IMG/VR virus record: IMGVR_UViG_3300024999_000065
Span: 1-64,000 of that record
Reading direction: 5' to 3' (one strand)
From: a virus
Length of the DNA: 64,000 nt
The notes under the pieces were generated by a model. It worked only from the letters and a program-made list of their open reading frames with translations, ran no database searches and was not told the origin of the DNA. The position numbers were made by a program, and so were the translations under genes. Below, piece by piece: positions 9,725 through 21,237 of this stretch (positions within the stretch are counted from its first letter, which is position 1; every line of letters starts with the position of its first letter).

Positions 9725-10558
9725 TTAATTTCTTAATACTTCAATTATTCTTCCTAATTCATTTGTACCAACCTTAGTCAATACTTTAAAATCTATTTCA
9801 CTTGTTAAAACTTTTCCATTTTCAAAACTTAAATCAAAATCTCCAGAAGGTAATGCCTTGTTAAATATAAAATACAAATCATTTATAATTGTATTGCTAA
9901 TCAATGAATATTCAATTGTACTTAATTCTAGTGAATATGCTTCTGGAAATTTACTAATATCAATATTCATTGTATTTCCTGATATTTCATATTCATATAA
10001 TGCAATAAAATCAGTACCTTCAATATCATCAATTAATACAATATAATTATTTATAAATTCATCAACTTCATATTTTATTCCTTCAGAATCAATTACTTTT
10101 ATAATTCCATTTTCTTTTGGAATATTTTGAATTTCTACTTTATTTGTATAAGGAACACCTGTTAAATAATTAATAAGTACAGAAGCATCATCTTGATCAT
10201 CAAATTCATAATTTAAATCAAGTTCTCTTTCTTCATCAATTAAAATTGAATCATCAAATGTTTTACCTATACAAATTAAATTATCTTCTTTTTTAAATAT
10301 AGAATTATCTCCAGTGACTATTAAACCAAATACCATCTCTGTAAAATCAGAATCCCAAATTACAGATTTTATATTTATCTCAATATCTTTATTATTTTTA
10401 TTAATTGATATTAAACGACTACCAATCCCACCTCTAATATCTTCACTAGTAATTTTTTGACTAATAAATGCTAATTGTATTTCGGCAGAAAAAGCAATTT
10501 TATTATCAGATAATCTTTTTGCAATAATATTACAGGTATCATTAATTATTGTTTTCAC
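9725..10558 (-). CDS. tail tube protein paralog, copy 2 (acidic insertion)
   Basis: clear paralogy to 8943..9659. Confidence 0.55.
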   Translation of the reverse strand: MKTIINDTCNIIAKRLSDNKIAFSAEIQLAFISQKITSEDIRGGIGSRLISINKNNKDIEINIKSVIWDSDFTEMVFGLIVTGDNSIFKKEDNLICIGKTFDDSILIDEERELDLNYEFDDQDDASVLINYLTGVPYTNKVEIQNIPKENGIIKVIDSEGIKYEVDEFINNYIVLIDDIEGTDFIALYEYEISGNTMNIDISKFPEAYSLELSTIEYSLISNTIINDLYFIFNKALPSGDFDLSFENGKVLTSEIDFKVLTKVGTNELGRIIEVLRN

Positions 10559-10564
10559 ATTGCA

Positions 10565-11278
10565 TTAACCACCTCCAAAAACACTACCTTTTATTTTATT
10601 AAATTCATCTCTTGAAACACCATCTTTTTCTTCTTTGAATAAATCAATATTCTTACACCAAGATTCAATATTAATTTTTTCAGTTGATACTGTAGAGAAT
10701 AATGTACTTGTATCATAAGATTTAAATGCACTAATACGTTGAAATGTTAAATTAAATTGATATAAAGATAAATTATTTATATATTCATATGTATATCCAG
10801 TACCAACAGCAATACTAGTTACAATATCTTCAAAAGTTAATATTTCTCCATTTTGTTTAAATTTTTTAGATTTATCAATCCATTTTTGTATCTCAGGATT
10901 AGGATTAATTTTTTCTTCTTTAATGCAATTCATATCCATTATTAATTGTCTTAGATATTCAAAATTATTTTCATTTACTTTGTCAAATACATCTTCTTTG
11001 AAAATAAAATAAAATAATTGCGAATATGACTCTTTAACTTCAGGAATATTAATTACCCATTGATATAATGATATGCTATTAATAAAATAATTAATTGCTT
11101 CTTCATCCATATTTTGTTGTTTATACATTGATATAATTTTATCTTTATTTATAGTTAAAATATTTTGAAGCAATGTAAATTCTGGTAGTTGTTTGATTTT
11201 TATGAAATGTGCTGAACCGACATTTTTAATTTTTACAGGTAAACCGAGAATAAAGAAACTCTTATCCATTTTCATCAA
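10565..11278 (-). CDS. conserved tail-module protein (YomV-like)
   Basis: synteny; NPEIQKWIDKSK...SLYQF...STLFSTVS. Confidence 0.5.
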   Translation of the reverse strand: MMKMDKSFFILGLPVKIKNVGSAHFIKIKQLPEFTLLQNILTINKDKIISMYKQQNMDEEAINYFINSISLYQWVINIPEVKESYSQLFYFIFKEDVFDKVNENNFEYLRQLIMDMNCIKEEKINPNPEIQKWIDKSKKFKQNGEILTFEDIVTSIAVGTGYTYEYINNLSLYQFNLTFQRISAFKSYDTSTLFSTVSTEKINIESWCKNIDLFKEEKDGVSRDEFNKIKGSVFGGG

Positions 11279-12476
11279 CTACAATTTTATTATTAATTAT
11301 TATTATAATATTTAATATTTCTTCAATCCTATCAAAATCCCAATACCAAATTTCAAGCAATTTTATATTATTATTTTGTGCGTATTCACATTTTCTTCTA
11401 TCATGTTCAATTTGAATTTCATATTCTTCTTCAGTTTGTTGTTTCGCTGTACCATCATGAAATTCTCCTTGATATTCAATTAATAAATTTAATTTAGGCA
11501 AATAATGATCATATGATAATAAACCTCCACCCATACCTATCAATCCATCAAATTCTTTTTGTGGTATAAAATAATTCTTATTATATTTATTATTATCAAT
11601 TAAATTATCAAAATCTTCTTGTGAAATTTTAATCCAATTTTTATTAATTAATACCTCATTTATTTTCTTTTCACCTTTACTTTTACAGCATTCAGGACAA
11701 CCAATGCTCTTATTTCTACTACTTATTAATGCAAACCATTCATAACCACATTCTTTACATTTCCACCAAACTTTTTTATTGCTATTAGGACAATAATCTT
11801 CAGGTCTTTTCTTATTTTTTTCATAATCCCATTCTTCACATAATTCAGGATTAATAACTAATAAATTATTTTCTTTAGTCGGTAATTGTCCTGCACAATA
11901 CGGACAATTATTGCCATTAGTTCTAGTTTTAATCATTACTTTCCAATCATGCCCTTTACTACATTGCCACCAAACTTTTTTATGACTTCCACATGTCACA
12001 TCCCAAGGTGTTAAATCACCATTTTTAGTAGGATGCCACTCTTTTGCTAATTTTGGATATTTTGTTGCTAGGCAATTAGATAGTGTTACTTGCATACCTT
12101 CACATACTCCACATCCATTTCCATTTAAAATAGCATACCATGCAGTTTTAAATATTTCACTACAATTTTCTTTTAAACACTTCCATTGTAATTTTTTATA
12201 TGTTCCTTCATAAGTTTCACTTAATAATTCAAAAGGTTTATTATTTAACTTACACCACAATTTTATATTTAGAATTGAATAAGGATTATTTTTATGCGTT
12301 AAATTTGGTAAATGACCACTTTTTAAACTATTTAATGTTGTTGTATAATAATATCCAAATTTATCTATTAAAGTTAGTTTAGTATTATTATTTTTATATT
12401 CTTCATCTATCAATTCGTATCCTAAACTTTTAATATATAGTTTTACTTCTTTATAAGGATATTTTCTTCTACCCAT
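11262..12476 (-). CDS. homing-endonuclease-like protein (zinc-ribbon repeats plus nuclease), close paralog of 6539..7738
   Basis: near-identical blocks KNGDLTPWDVT, NLLVINPELC, SKGEKKI. Confidence 0.7.
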   Translation of the reverse strand: MGRRKYPYKEVKLYIKSLGYELIDEEYKNNNTKLTLIDKFGYYYTTTLNSLKSGHLPNLTHKNNPYSILNIKLWCKLNNKPFELLSETYEGTYKKLQWKCLKENCSEIFKTAWYAILNGNGCGVCEGMQVTLSNCLATKYPKLAKEWHPTKNGDLTPWDVTCGSHKKVWWQCSKGHDWKVMIKTRTNGNNCPYCAGQLPTKENNLLVINPELCEEWDYEKNKKRPEDYCPNSNKKVWWKCKECGYEWFALISSRNKSIGCPECCKSKGEKKINEVLINKNWIKISQEDFDNLIDNNKYNKNYFIPQKEFDGLIGMGGGLLSYDHYLPKLNLLIEYQGEFHDGTAKQQTEEEYEIQIEHDRRKCEYAQNNNIKLLEIWYWDFDRIEEILNIIIIINNKIVVDENG

Positions 12477-12562
12477 TACTTACCTCCTCATATTATAAAT
12501 AAAAATGGAAGGTGGGAAGTGTCTATCCTCCAAATCCTTCTTTAAAAATAATATTTATCAAC

Positions 12563-13063
12563 TCAACTTTTTACTGATGTAGAATTAATTTCTATTGGCA
12601 AAGAATAAATTACATAATTAGTATCATTACTTAATCTTGATAAAAAAGCTTCTGGTATAGTTAATTCACCAATTCCTGTTATATGTTTTTGGTCTATCAT
12701 CTGAGTAATTTCATCGGCTATACGTATTACACGTATTTCGCCTTTTCCCTGAATTAAAAAATATTCTATAGGACATACAATATCTAACATATAAATATGT
12801 TTACCTAATGCTTTTGACTTTAAATCACTTCTTAATGGATAGAAAAATAATTTAATTTCTAATATTTCAACAATATTTTTATCAAATGGTGCTAATATTA
12901 TATTTGTATTAATTAAATTATCTTGAATGTTAGGTAGAGATGAATCTAAAGGATCATTATTTAAATATTTTATATACCTTAAGATATTTTGATTTGATAC
13001 AATTAATAATAATATATCTATTAAAGATTTTTCTATAAATTTAAATTTTGGACTTGCACTCAT
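12563..13063 (-). CDS. putative tail terminator/completion protein
   Basis: size and position between head-closure and tail-tube genes. Confidence 0.45.
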   Translation of the reverse strand: MSASPKFKFIEKSLIDILLLIVSNQNILRYIKYLNNDPLDSSLPNIQDNLINTNIILAPFDKNIVEILEIKLFFYPLRSDLKSKALGKHIYMLDIVCPIEYFLIQGKGEIRVIRIADEITQMIDQKHITGIGELTIPEAFLSRLSNDTNYVIYSLPIEINSTSVKS

Positions 13064-13077
13064 ATATTCACCAACTT

Positions 13078-14253
13078 TTAAAACAAATTCTTTAATTTAA
13101 TTTCTTTAGTTATAATTTTAGTATTGTCGCTATCATCAATTGCTTGTAAAGTAATCGTATAACCACTCTTCAATGCCTTTATACTACAATGATTCCCATC
13201 AATAACTGACAATTGATAACTTGAATTATCACCTACAACATTAAAGGTAAACGTCTGTGCTATAGGTAAACCATTATTATATTTTTGTATTTTATAAACT
13301 TTTGATTGATTTAATATAATTTCATTATCAGGTAAACTTGTAGATGTTAAAGTATAAGTTATGTTATTAATTACATCCTCAATAATTTCAACATTAATAT
13401 TATCATTAATATCTTCGTCACTCGCCATAGAGACACTAATCACAACATTTCCTAAACCAATAATACTCACAACACCACCTTCATCAATAGTGGCAATATT
13501 ATCATTACTTGAAGAATAAATTAAATTAGGTGAATCTACAATCTCACCATTATCTTTCAATTCGGCATTAATTGTAAGTAATTGAGATTGTGCAATTTGT
13601 AGATTGTCATTATTAAGGATGGTAAGTACGTATGTATGTTCTTCCTGTGCCTCTTGACTATACTCTATCTCCAATACAAGTAATCCATTTTCCACAATAT
13701 CGTTTATATCTTTAATCTCATATGACTGTAATCCAATTCGATAAATCTCTCCACGTTTAATTTGTCTTGTGATTTCTGTATTAGGAATTTTTAATACAAT
13801 GATAGTGGATGGAGTTTCTATATAAGTAGTTTCATCAGTATCAAGATTTACATTTGAATTTATTATACAAGGGATTTGATATGATGTGTTGTTTTTGTAT
13901 ATGGTTAGTGTGTTGTTTGATTTCACCATACCAGCAGTTTTATATGCTTGTATATCATCAATGCTTCCTGTTACTAACCATTTATAACCATCATAATTAA
14001 CAATAGAACCAGTAGATATATTAGTTTCCATTGGAACATGTAATTTCCTATCATATTTTGCTTGATTTAATGGATTAGTAAAATATTGAACTAATGCTCT
14101 ACATTCAATTCCATCAACAATTACATCTGCACCTTCAGCACTATAATATCTTCTTATATCAAAATTATCTTTTACTTCGTTTATTGTTTCTTCTACAGAA
14201 TAAAATTGGGTAGTATAATCTGTATTATTTAACCATTCTTGTCTTGTATTCAT
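13078..14253 (-). CDS. putative head-closure/neck protein with Ig-like domain
   Basis: YSSSNDNIATIDEGGVV Big_2-like motif; synteny. Confidence 0.55.
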   Translation of the reverse strand: MNTRQEWLNNTDYTTQFYSVEETINEVKDNFDIRRYYSAEGADVIVDGIECRALVQYFTNPLNQAKYDRKLHVPMETNISTGSIVNYDGYKWLVTGSIDDIQAYKTAGMVKSNNTLTIYKNNTSYQIPCIINSNVNLDTDETTYIETPSTIIVLKIPNTEITRQIKRGEIYRIGLQSYEIKDINDIVENGLLVLEIEYSQEAQEEHTYVLTILNNDNLQIAQSQLLTINAELKDNGEIVDSPNLIYSSSNDNIATIDEGGVVSIIGLGNVVISVSMASDEDINDNINVEIIEDVINNITYTLTSTSLPDNEIILNQSKVYKIQKYNNGLPIAQTFTFNVVGDNSSYQLSVIDGNHCSIKALKSGYTITLQAIDDSDNTKIITKEIKLKNLF

Positions 14254-14341
14254 AATTCACAACCTCTTATAATAAATTATATTATTAAAGAGTAAATATG
14301 TTTATTATAATCTACTCTTTAATAACTATTATTATTGATAT

Positions 14342-14620
14342 TTAGAATGGTGCTGTTGCTAATCCTTCAATTCTAAATGCAGAAGTATCAGCAGATGCTT
14401 TGTAATATAATTTCTTAAAAGGTACTGCAATATTTGTTCTTTTTTCTCCTGCTTTAAAAACCATTAAATTTCCAACAGCACTAGCTGATGCCACATCAAA
14501 TGAAAGTGTAATTGTGTTTGGACTATCGTTTACAATAAGATTAATAAATGCCATATTTAATTCTACATTTTGTTCAATTTCATTCGCCACTAGAGATCTA
14601 CCTATGAAGTTAGTTGCCAT
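14342..14620 (-). CDS. hypothetical virion protein
   Basis: ORF with AGGAGG SD. Confidence 0.6.
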   Translation of the reverse strand: MATNFIGRSLVANEIEQNVELNMAFINLIVNDSPNTITLSFDVASASAVGNLMVFKAGEKRTNIAVPFKKLYYKASADTSAFRIEGLATAPF

Positions 14621-14651
14621 AATTTAAATTCCTCCTTATATTTTTATTTTA

Positions 14652-15821
14652 TTAAGTAATAATAATATAATTGTTCAATATTTCTTCAATATTCTTAAAT
14701 TCCCAATAAGGTATTCTAATCAATTGAATACTATTCTCGGCACAATAAAGATTTTTTATAATATCATTTTGTATTTGTATTTTAAAATTTTCTATTGCTC
14801 TTTCCATAGAAATTCCACCAAAACATACAGGTCTGAAATGTTGAATTCCATCGTACTCACAGATCATCCTTAATTTTGTCATTTCTTTATCCCAAAATAC
14901 AGATGAGTCAAATTTTAATAATCCCTTACCAATTCCTCTTAAATCATCAAAGGTATATTGTGAATTATGTGGAATATTATATTTTGTTAATACTCTACTT
15001 ATTTCTTTTTCACCTTTAGATTCTTTACATTGTGAACAACCGACGTTATTATTTCTACTATTAATTGTTGTTTTCCATTTATGATTACATTTACCACATT
15101 TCCACCAAACTTTTTTATTGCTATTAGGACAATAATCTTCAGGTCTTTTCTTATTTTTTTCATAATCCCATTCTTCGCAAAGTTTTGGATTGCAAATTAA
15201 CAAATTATTTTCTTTTGAAGGTAATAAACCTGCACAATATGGACAATTTTTTCCTTGATTTCTACTTGCAATTGCTGCTTTCCATTCATGTCCTTTATTG
15301 CATAGCCACCAAACTTTTCTATCATTGCCACAAGTCACATCATATGGTGTTAAATTTCCATTATTTGCTGGATGCCATTCACTAGCAAGTTCCTGATTTT
15401 TAGTTGCAAGACAATTAGATAATCCTACTTGCCTACCAGCACAATAATTGCAACCAGTACCTATAAGAATACTTTTCCAACACATTTCAAATATTTCTTC
15501 ACACTCTTCTTTTAAACATTGCCATTTTAAATTTTCTTTATTTCCTTTATATTCTTCACTTAATAATATAAATGATTTATTATTTAACTTACACCAAAGT
15601 TTTATATTTTGTATCGAATAAGGATTTCTTTTTTCTACAAAACATGGTGGACTTCCATATTTTAAATTAGTTAAATTTATTGTATAATAATAACCATATC
15701 TATCTTTAATGATAAGTTATTTACTATTACTTATGTATTTTGTGCTAATTAATTCATACCCTTTGTTTTCAACACATTCTTTAACTTCTTCATATGTAAG
15801 TTTAATACTAATTTTAATCAT
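14652..15821 (-). pseudogene. zinc-ribbon homing-endonuclease-like gene interrupted by one in-frame TAA (15717-15719)
   Basis: KYISNSK*LIIKDRYGYYY aligns with paralog EYKNNRSKLILKDYNGYYY; frame continues into 14652..15485. Confidence 0.75.
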
Positions 15822-15934
15822 TCTCCTTCCTATATAAGAGATATAAATGGGAATAGACATATGTATAGGCATATGTCTATTAATTACAATATTTAAGTTT
15901 GCAACCTCAAATATCAACCATTATAATATTTATA

Positions 15935-16429
15935 TTATGCTTTCGTTGCATTTACTACCGTTTGATTCATTGCATATATTACATATAAACTTGAACGTCC
16001 TGCTGTTCCGGTTGCTCCGGTTGTTACTATGGATGCTGTAATTACACCACCAGAAGTATATTTTTTAAATAACCCTTTATATGCACCAGTACCAGTATCT
16101 TCACCTCTAGATGATATACCACCTGCACCATTTACATCTGCTGCTGGAGCAGTTTTTACATCAACTGCTGTAATATAACCATCTGTATCATCTACATCAC
16201 CTACATTTAATGTAGCAGTTCCACTATTATTCCATACAACAGCATTTTTAAAAATTACATCAAGTACTATTGCATTAGCAGGAATAGTTACTGTTGCCGT
16301 ATATGTACCTGCAATTGCTGTTTCTGTAAAACTTCTTGATTCAATTAATTGAATCCCAGCATTATTAGGTGTATTATCTAATTTACTTAATTCTATTTCT
16401 GATACTTTTTCAAATTTAAAACTATCCAT
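15935..16429 (-). CDS. virion structural/decoration-like protein
   Basis: A/T/G-rich beta protein (TIPANAIVLDV...LNVGD) in head module. Confidence 0.55.
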   Translation of the reverse strand: MDSFKFEKVSEIELSKLDNTPNNAGIQLIESRSFTETAIAGTYTATVTIPANAIVLDVIFKNAVVWNNSGTATLNVGDVDDTDGYITAVDVKTAPAADVNGAGGISSRGEDTGTGAYKGLFKKYTSGGVITASIVTTGATGTAGRSSLYVIYAMNQTVVNATKA

Positions 16430-16454
16430 ACTTATAACCTCCTTTAAATAATAT

Positions 16455-16688
16455 TTACATTATCTCTTTTTCCATATTAGGAATCCTCCTAATAAAATTA
16501 CTTATATCAAGAATTTTACCTCTTAGTTCTGGATAATCATGTAAAGAAATATCAAATTCTTTTTCAATCATGTGCATTATATGATTAATTTTTAAATATT
16601 CTTTATTGCACAAATCCTTTAAACTTATCTCATATTGAGGAGTTTTGATAAGAATTTGTTTATTGTGATTATTTTTATTATTTATCAT
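16455..16688 (-). CDS. hypothetical conserved head-module protein
   Basis: ORF with SD; synteny. Confidence 0.5.
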   Translation of the reverse strand: MINNKNNHNKQILIKTPQYEISLKDLCNKEYLKINHIMHMIEKEFDISLHDYPELRGKILDISNFIRRIPNMEKEIM

Positions 16689-16700
16689 AATTTCATCACC

Positions 16701-17381
16701 TTAATTAGAATAAGAATAAAATTCTTGTCTAAAGTTATCAATTTGATCATTTAAATCTTTAAGCATTAGTGAATAAACTTTGTATTCTTCTAATTTATTT
16801 GCTAGACGATTAAAATCTTTAGTACCTAAAGTTGTTTTTAAACGATTTAAAGGTTTTAATAAATATTCTAAATATGCTTTCTTCATATTTAATGAAATTA
16901 ATTCAATTTCATCTATATCTAAATCATTAATCATTATTCCATCATATGTTTTTCTAATAATTAAATTTAAATTTGTATTATTAGTATCTGTAAATAATAA
17001 TGTAATAACATCTGTATCAGTTTTAGTAATTGTTAACATAGGATTTTCAATATCATCTAAAATTACAGTATAATCTAATTCTATTGCTGATTTTATTTTA
17101 TTAGCAATAATTAACTTTGTATCAGTGGTTAATAATGAAATTGTGTATGTATCAGAATTAATATTTAAAGTAATGTAACCACTATTTTCCACTAATCCAT
17201 ATATTATTAAAACTGCATTATTAGGATATAAAATATAATCTAAATCATGTGGTGTAGTTTTGTAACTATACCCAATAGATGTTTCAAAAAACTCAAAAAC
17301 TAAATCTTGTTTATAAGTAAAATCAAAATCTGATACTTTTATAAAAAATTTATCATATATCTTCTGAAGTAAAGTTCCCAA
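16701..17381 (-). CDS. putative head-tail adaptor protein
   Basis: IYDKFFIKVSD N-terminus and TKDFN..AN C-terminus; synteny. Confidence 0.5.
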   Translation of the reverse strand: MGTLLQKIYDKFFIKVSDFDFTYKQDLVFEFFETSIGYSYKTTPHDLDYILYPNNAVLIIYGLVENSGYITLNINSDTYTISLLTTDTKLIIANKIKSAIELDYTVILDDIENPMLTITKTDTDVITLLFTDTNNTNLNLIIRKTYDGIMINDLDIDEIELISLNMKKAYLEYLLKPLNRLKTTLGTKDFNRLANKLEEYKVYSLMLKDLNDQIDNFRQEFYSYSN

Positions 17382-17408
17382 ACTATTTCACCACTTTTCT
17401 TGATATGA

Positions 17409-17897
17409 TTATTCTTTATTTTCATCATTTTTGAATGGTAAATTTGTATATTCGGTTAAAAACTGGATCTTATCATAGTCATTTATCTTATTTTTTTTAG
17501 CATAATTAACCATTTTTGATTTTTCTTGATTAGTAATGATATTTTCAGTTACATGCTTCTTAAATGTGCTAAATGTTTTATAGTCGAATATTTCTTTACA
17601 TTTTTCATCAGTTAGGATTAGTTGAGTACGTTTTTCTTCTTTATTATCAAAACCTAAATGTTCTCTCATTTCTGGATTCTCAATATAAACCCTACTGTGT
17701 GAACCATTTCCTGTTCCAACAAAGAATAAATTATTATTTTGTACTTGTGTTTCAATTTCCATATTAGGAATGTATACTGTTTGGTTAGCTTTGATGAATT
17801 CGTCACCTTCCATAGAATACCTTTCCCATGAAATATTCCAATCACATAAGTTTCTAACCCTTGATCTACTATTCATATCAATAGACATAATATTCAC
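17409..17897 (-). CDS. conserved head-module protein (YonA-like)
   Basis: first structural gene after MCP; FVGTGNGSHSRVYI motif. Confidence 0.5.
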   Translation of the reverse strand: MNIMSIDMNSRSRVRNLCDWNISWERYSMEGDEFIKANQTVYIPNMEIETQVQNNNLFFVGTGNGSHSRVYIENPEMREHLGFDNKEEKRTQLILTDEKCKEIFDYKTFSTFKKHVTENIITNQEKSKMVNYAKKNKINDYDKIQFLTEYTNLPFKNDENKE

Positions 17898-17934
17898 CCT
17901 CCATTAATTTTACCCTTTATATTTTTGGTTTTGT

Positions 17935-19314
17935 TTAATTTAAAATATTTTTAATTTTTTTATCAATTAAAGATTTATATGATTCATTTTTTTCTGTCCA
18001 ATATGGAATAATTAAATATTCATATCCCATTTTTCTTGCATATTCTTCTTTATATTTATCTTTATCTATTTGGTATTGTAGTTCTTCTTCTGGAGAAGTA
18101 TTATTTTTTATTGCAGATTGTATATGCCAACTATTAATTATATAATGTTGACACCCATGAACTTCTATTATTAAATGTTTATCATTTTTAAGTATTATTT
18201 CATTATCATACCTCAACTTAGACGATGATTTTATATTTTTAACTTTTAAAATATTTTTTGGACTAATAGTACAATTGTTTTCATGTAATATTTTATAATT
18301 TAATTCTTCTAAATATGTAACAGTCTTTAATTGTAGTTTAGAATAATTATTTTCAGTTACACAATAAGGACAATCAAATTCACAACTTTGAGAATTTCTT
18401 ATTTCTCTTAAATAATCATCATGTTTACCATCTTTACATTTCCAGTAAACTTGTTGACTACTTTGTGGTGCATACTCATATGGTGATTTATCATTTTTAT
18501 CTGACCATAAATCTAAAACTTCTGGATATAATGTTCCTAAAGAATCTAATGGATGAACTATTCCATGTAGGTTAATACAAAGTGGGCATCTTTTATTACT
18601 TGTGAAATCATTACAAGATGTTTTATAACTTCCATGATAGTCTTTTTCTTGGCACTTAATCCACACTTTTTTATTTTTTGAATTATTACCATAACTAATT
18701 TCCCAAGGATTTATATTTATATTTTTTCCCCAATCCCAGTATTTATCTAGAAAATCTTCACCTATATTATCTATACCCCATTGAGCAAATGAATTACATG
18801 CTTTACAATCTATATTTATTTGTTTACCACTTGTTAAGTCAGCGATACCATTTAATTCAGAATTATGTATATTTATATTACATTTAAACCAATATTTTTT
18901 CGAAGACTTACTTGGAACGTCATATGGTTTTAAATAATTTAATTCATAATCCCAACGATCTAATATATCTTGTCTATTATTATCTAAACACCATTTTTCA
19001 AAAGACTTGCTATTTTTCATCATAGTTGATTTAGTTTCATTATTTTCATCTCTAATTTTAATAGCACATTTATTACAATAATATTTTCCATCTTCATGAA
19101 CACATTTTTTATATACTTTCCATTCAATAGGTTTTAATTCATTCTTACAACCATCACATTTAATATTAACTACATAATGAGAAGAATATGGTAAATCTTC
19201 AACTTTTACTAAAAATTCATCACCATATTTAGTAAATGGATACCCTTTTTCTTCATAATATTTTTTATTAGCATGATGCCAACTTACTAAAACTTCTTTT
19301 GTTATTAGTCCCAT
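17935..19314 (-). CDS. homing-endonuclease-like protein (zinc ribbons plus C-terminal nuclease)
   Basis: YYEEKGY N-terminus, CxxC repeats, RYD...IEVHGCQHY...DKYK. Confidence 0.7.
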   Translation of the reverse strand: MGLITKEVLVSWHHANKKYYEEKGYPFTKYGDEFLVKVEDLPYSSHYVVNIKCDGCKNELKPIEWKVYKKCVHEDGKYYCNKCAIKIRDENNETKSTMMKNSKSFEKWCLDNNRQDILDRWDYELNYLKPYDVPSKSSKKYWFKCNINIHNSELNGIADLTSGKQINIDCKACNSFAQWGIDNIGEDFLDKYWDWGKNININPWEISYGNNSKNKKVWIKCQEKDYHGSYKTSCNDFTSNKRCPLCINLHGIVHPLDSLGTLYPEVLDLWSDKNDKSPYEYAPQSSQQVYWKCKDGKHDDYLREIRNSQSCEFDCPYCVTENNYSKLQLKTVTYLEELNYKILHENNCTISPKNILKVKNIKSSSKLRYDNEIILKNDKHLIIEVHGCQHYIINSWHIQSAIKNNTSPEEELQYQIDKDKYKEEYARKMGYEYLIIPYWTEKNESYKSLIDKKIKNILN

Positions 19315-19479
19315 ATTTAATCCCTCCTATCGAATCACCACCTAAATTTAAACAAAATAAAAGAAGGAGGTCTAGGAAAACCTCCTTGTCAATATTAATT
19401 AAGTTTCGAACCTCAATTAATATCTATCTTAATATGTATTAAACAATTATATTTTTAAATTGTCAAAGTTTATTTTAAT

Positions 19480-20607
19480 TTATTCTGCCAGAGAAGCATC
19501 GTATAAATATCCAATTGCTGGAAGATATTCCGCAATAACGTAATTTCCGAATTCTTGGTCATATCTTGTAACTTCAGCCTTCAAATTAATGTCAGTCGCA
19601 GTCATACTAGTCAACGACCCACGAAGGCCAATCTGCAAAGCGTTGTAAGCACCTTGAGGTAAAAACCACAAATCAGTTGTAGGCAATTGAGGAGCATAGA
19701 AATCACCAGCAGTATTAAGATCAATCATATTATAACTATTAGGCATTTCTACAACAATACTCCCTTTATAATTTTTAATAAGACCAGTTTTCATAACTTC
19801 TTCCATCACATATTCAGGAAATCTAAATTCTGTTCCAGCAGCTACAACGCCAAAACTAGTCAATTCTCCAAGTTTGCTTACTGCACTATAATCACCTAAA
19901 ATAGTAACAGAAGTACCAAAACGTCTAGCTTTCTTTCTAACGCTTTCAACTGATGTTTTAGTAATTCCCTCAGCATAATTTTTTAAAGTAGTAGCAGCAG
20001 TAATAGCACTTCTTAAAGCATTAATATGAGAAAGTACCATTTGATTAGTCATATCTGTAAGCACTTGTTCATTCTGTATTGCAAGACCGTCTAGTGCACC
20101 ACTCTGCAACTCACGAAAATCAGTAACCACACCACCAGTAGAAGTTTGAGTAGTCATAACTCCAGTTCTTTTCTTTACAGTAGGGAATACAAACGAACCA
20201 GAACTTGCTTGAATTCTTGACTTATCCCCTTGCATCTGATATACCTCAAATTTAAGCTCCTCATTATATCCAACTTTTACAACATTTCCCATAGCATTAT
20301 TAATAGCTAATCTCTTTTCTAAAGGTTGCTGAATAGTAATAGTCCTAATGGCATTTAATTCTGCTTTTGCTTTGGTATTGCCATCTTCAGCCATTCCTGC
20401 TAAAGTTTTAATCTTGTCCATCACAGTATCAACTTTTTTACCATATTTAGATACATCTTTACCATAAACAATATTAGTAAAAATTTCCACTTCTTCACTC
20501 GGACGATTGTTTGTCATTGCATTTGATAATTTATTTTTTACAATTTTATTAATTTCAATTTGTTCTGCATTCTCACTTAAATTCTTAAAATCAATTCCTA
20601 AACTCAT
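19480..20607 (-). CDS. major capsid protein (YonB-like)
   Basis: 375 aa, strong SD, follows protease/scaffold and small head gene. Confidence 0.7.
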   Translation of the reverse strand: MSLGIDFKNLSENAEQIEINKIVKNKLSNAMTNNRPSEEVEIFTNIVYGKDVSKYGKKVDTVMDKIKTLAGMAEDGNTKAKAELNAIRTITIQQPLEKRLAINNAMGNVVKVGYNEELKFEVYQMQGDKSRIQASSGSFVFPTVKKRTGVMTTQTSTGGVVTDFRELQSGALDGLAIQNEQVLTDMTNQMVLSHINALRSAITAATTLKNYAEGITKTSVESVRKKARRFGTSVTILGDYSAVSKLGELTSFGVVAAGTEFRFPEYVMEEVMKTGLIKNYKGSIVVEMPNSYNMIDLNTAGDFYAPQLPTTDLWFLPQGAYNALQIGLRGSLTSMTATDINLKAEVTRYDQEFGNYVIAEYLPAIGYLYDASLAE

Positions 20608-20662
20608 ATTAAATACCTCCTATTTTATTTTAATTATTTTAATATTTTATTAAAGTTTAATC

Positions 20663-21181
20663 TTACAAATCGTTAGCCATAATTTCTACAACATAACCAC
20701 CAGGAACAGTACCGCCTCCGGCATCAATAGTGAACGCACCGAAAGTAGTTTTCTTAATCACTTTAAGATAAATTGCATATGTAGAAGGATCAGCAGTTTT
20801 AGTCCATTTTTGAGTATTAGTAGTATCAGCTACAGACCTACCAATAATATAATCACCTACAGCAACATTAGCAAATGTATCAGTAAGTAAATCAGAAGAC
20901 ATGTCCAATTGTTGACCAACATAATCCTTAAGTCTAAATGCTCTGATATACTCACCAGCACTAACTTTGTACTCATCAGTATTAATAATTTCAGGTTTGT
21001 CGATGATATTTAACATTACCCAAATATCACCCAATTTTGCAGTAGCTAAATCAGGGACAATCACCTGAGTATCAGATACAACATTAAACTGATAACCATT
21101 ATATGTATCTGCAATTGCTAACACATTAGGTTTGTTGTAACCATTAAGAAAATTTGAATCATGAAACTTGAATAAACTCAT
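20663..21181 (-). CDS. head decoration/cement-like protein (YonC-like)
   Basis: position between scaffold and MCP. Confidence 0.5.
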   Translation of the reverse strand: MSLFKFHDSNFLNGYNKPNVLAIADTYNGYQFNVVSDTQVIVPDLATAKLGDIWVMLNIIDKPEIINTDEYKVSAGEYIRAFRLKDYVGQQLDMSSDLLTDTFANVAVGDYIIGRSVADTTNTQKWTKTADPSTYAIYLKVIKKTTFGAFTIDAGGGTVPGGYVVEIMANDL

Positions 21182-21237
21182 ATTTATTACCTCCTATTAT
21201 ATTTATATTTTATTTTATATATTTACTCTCTTTAAAA

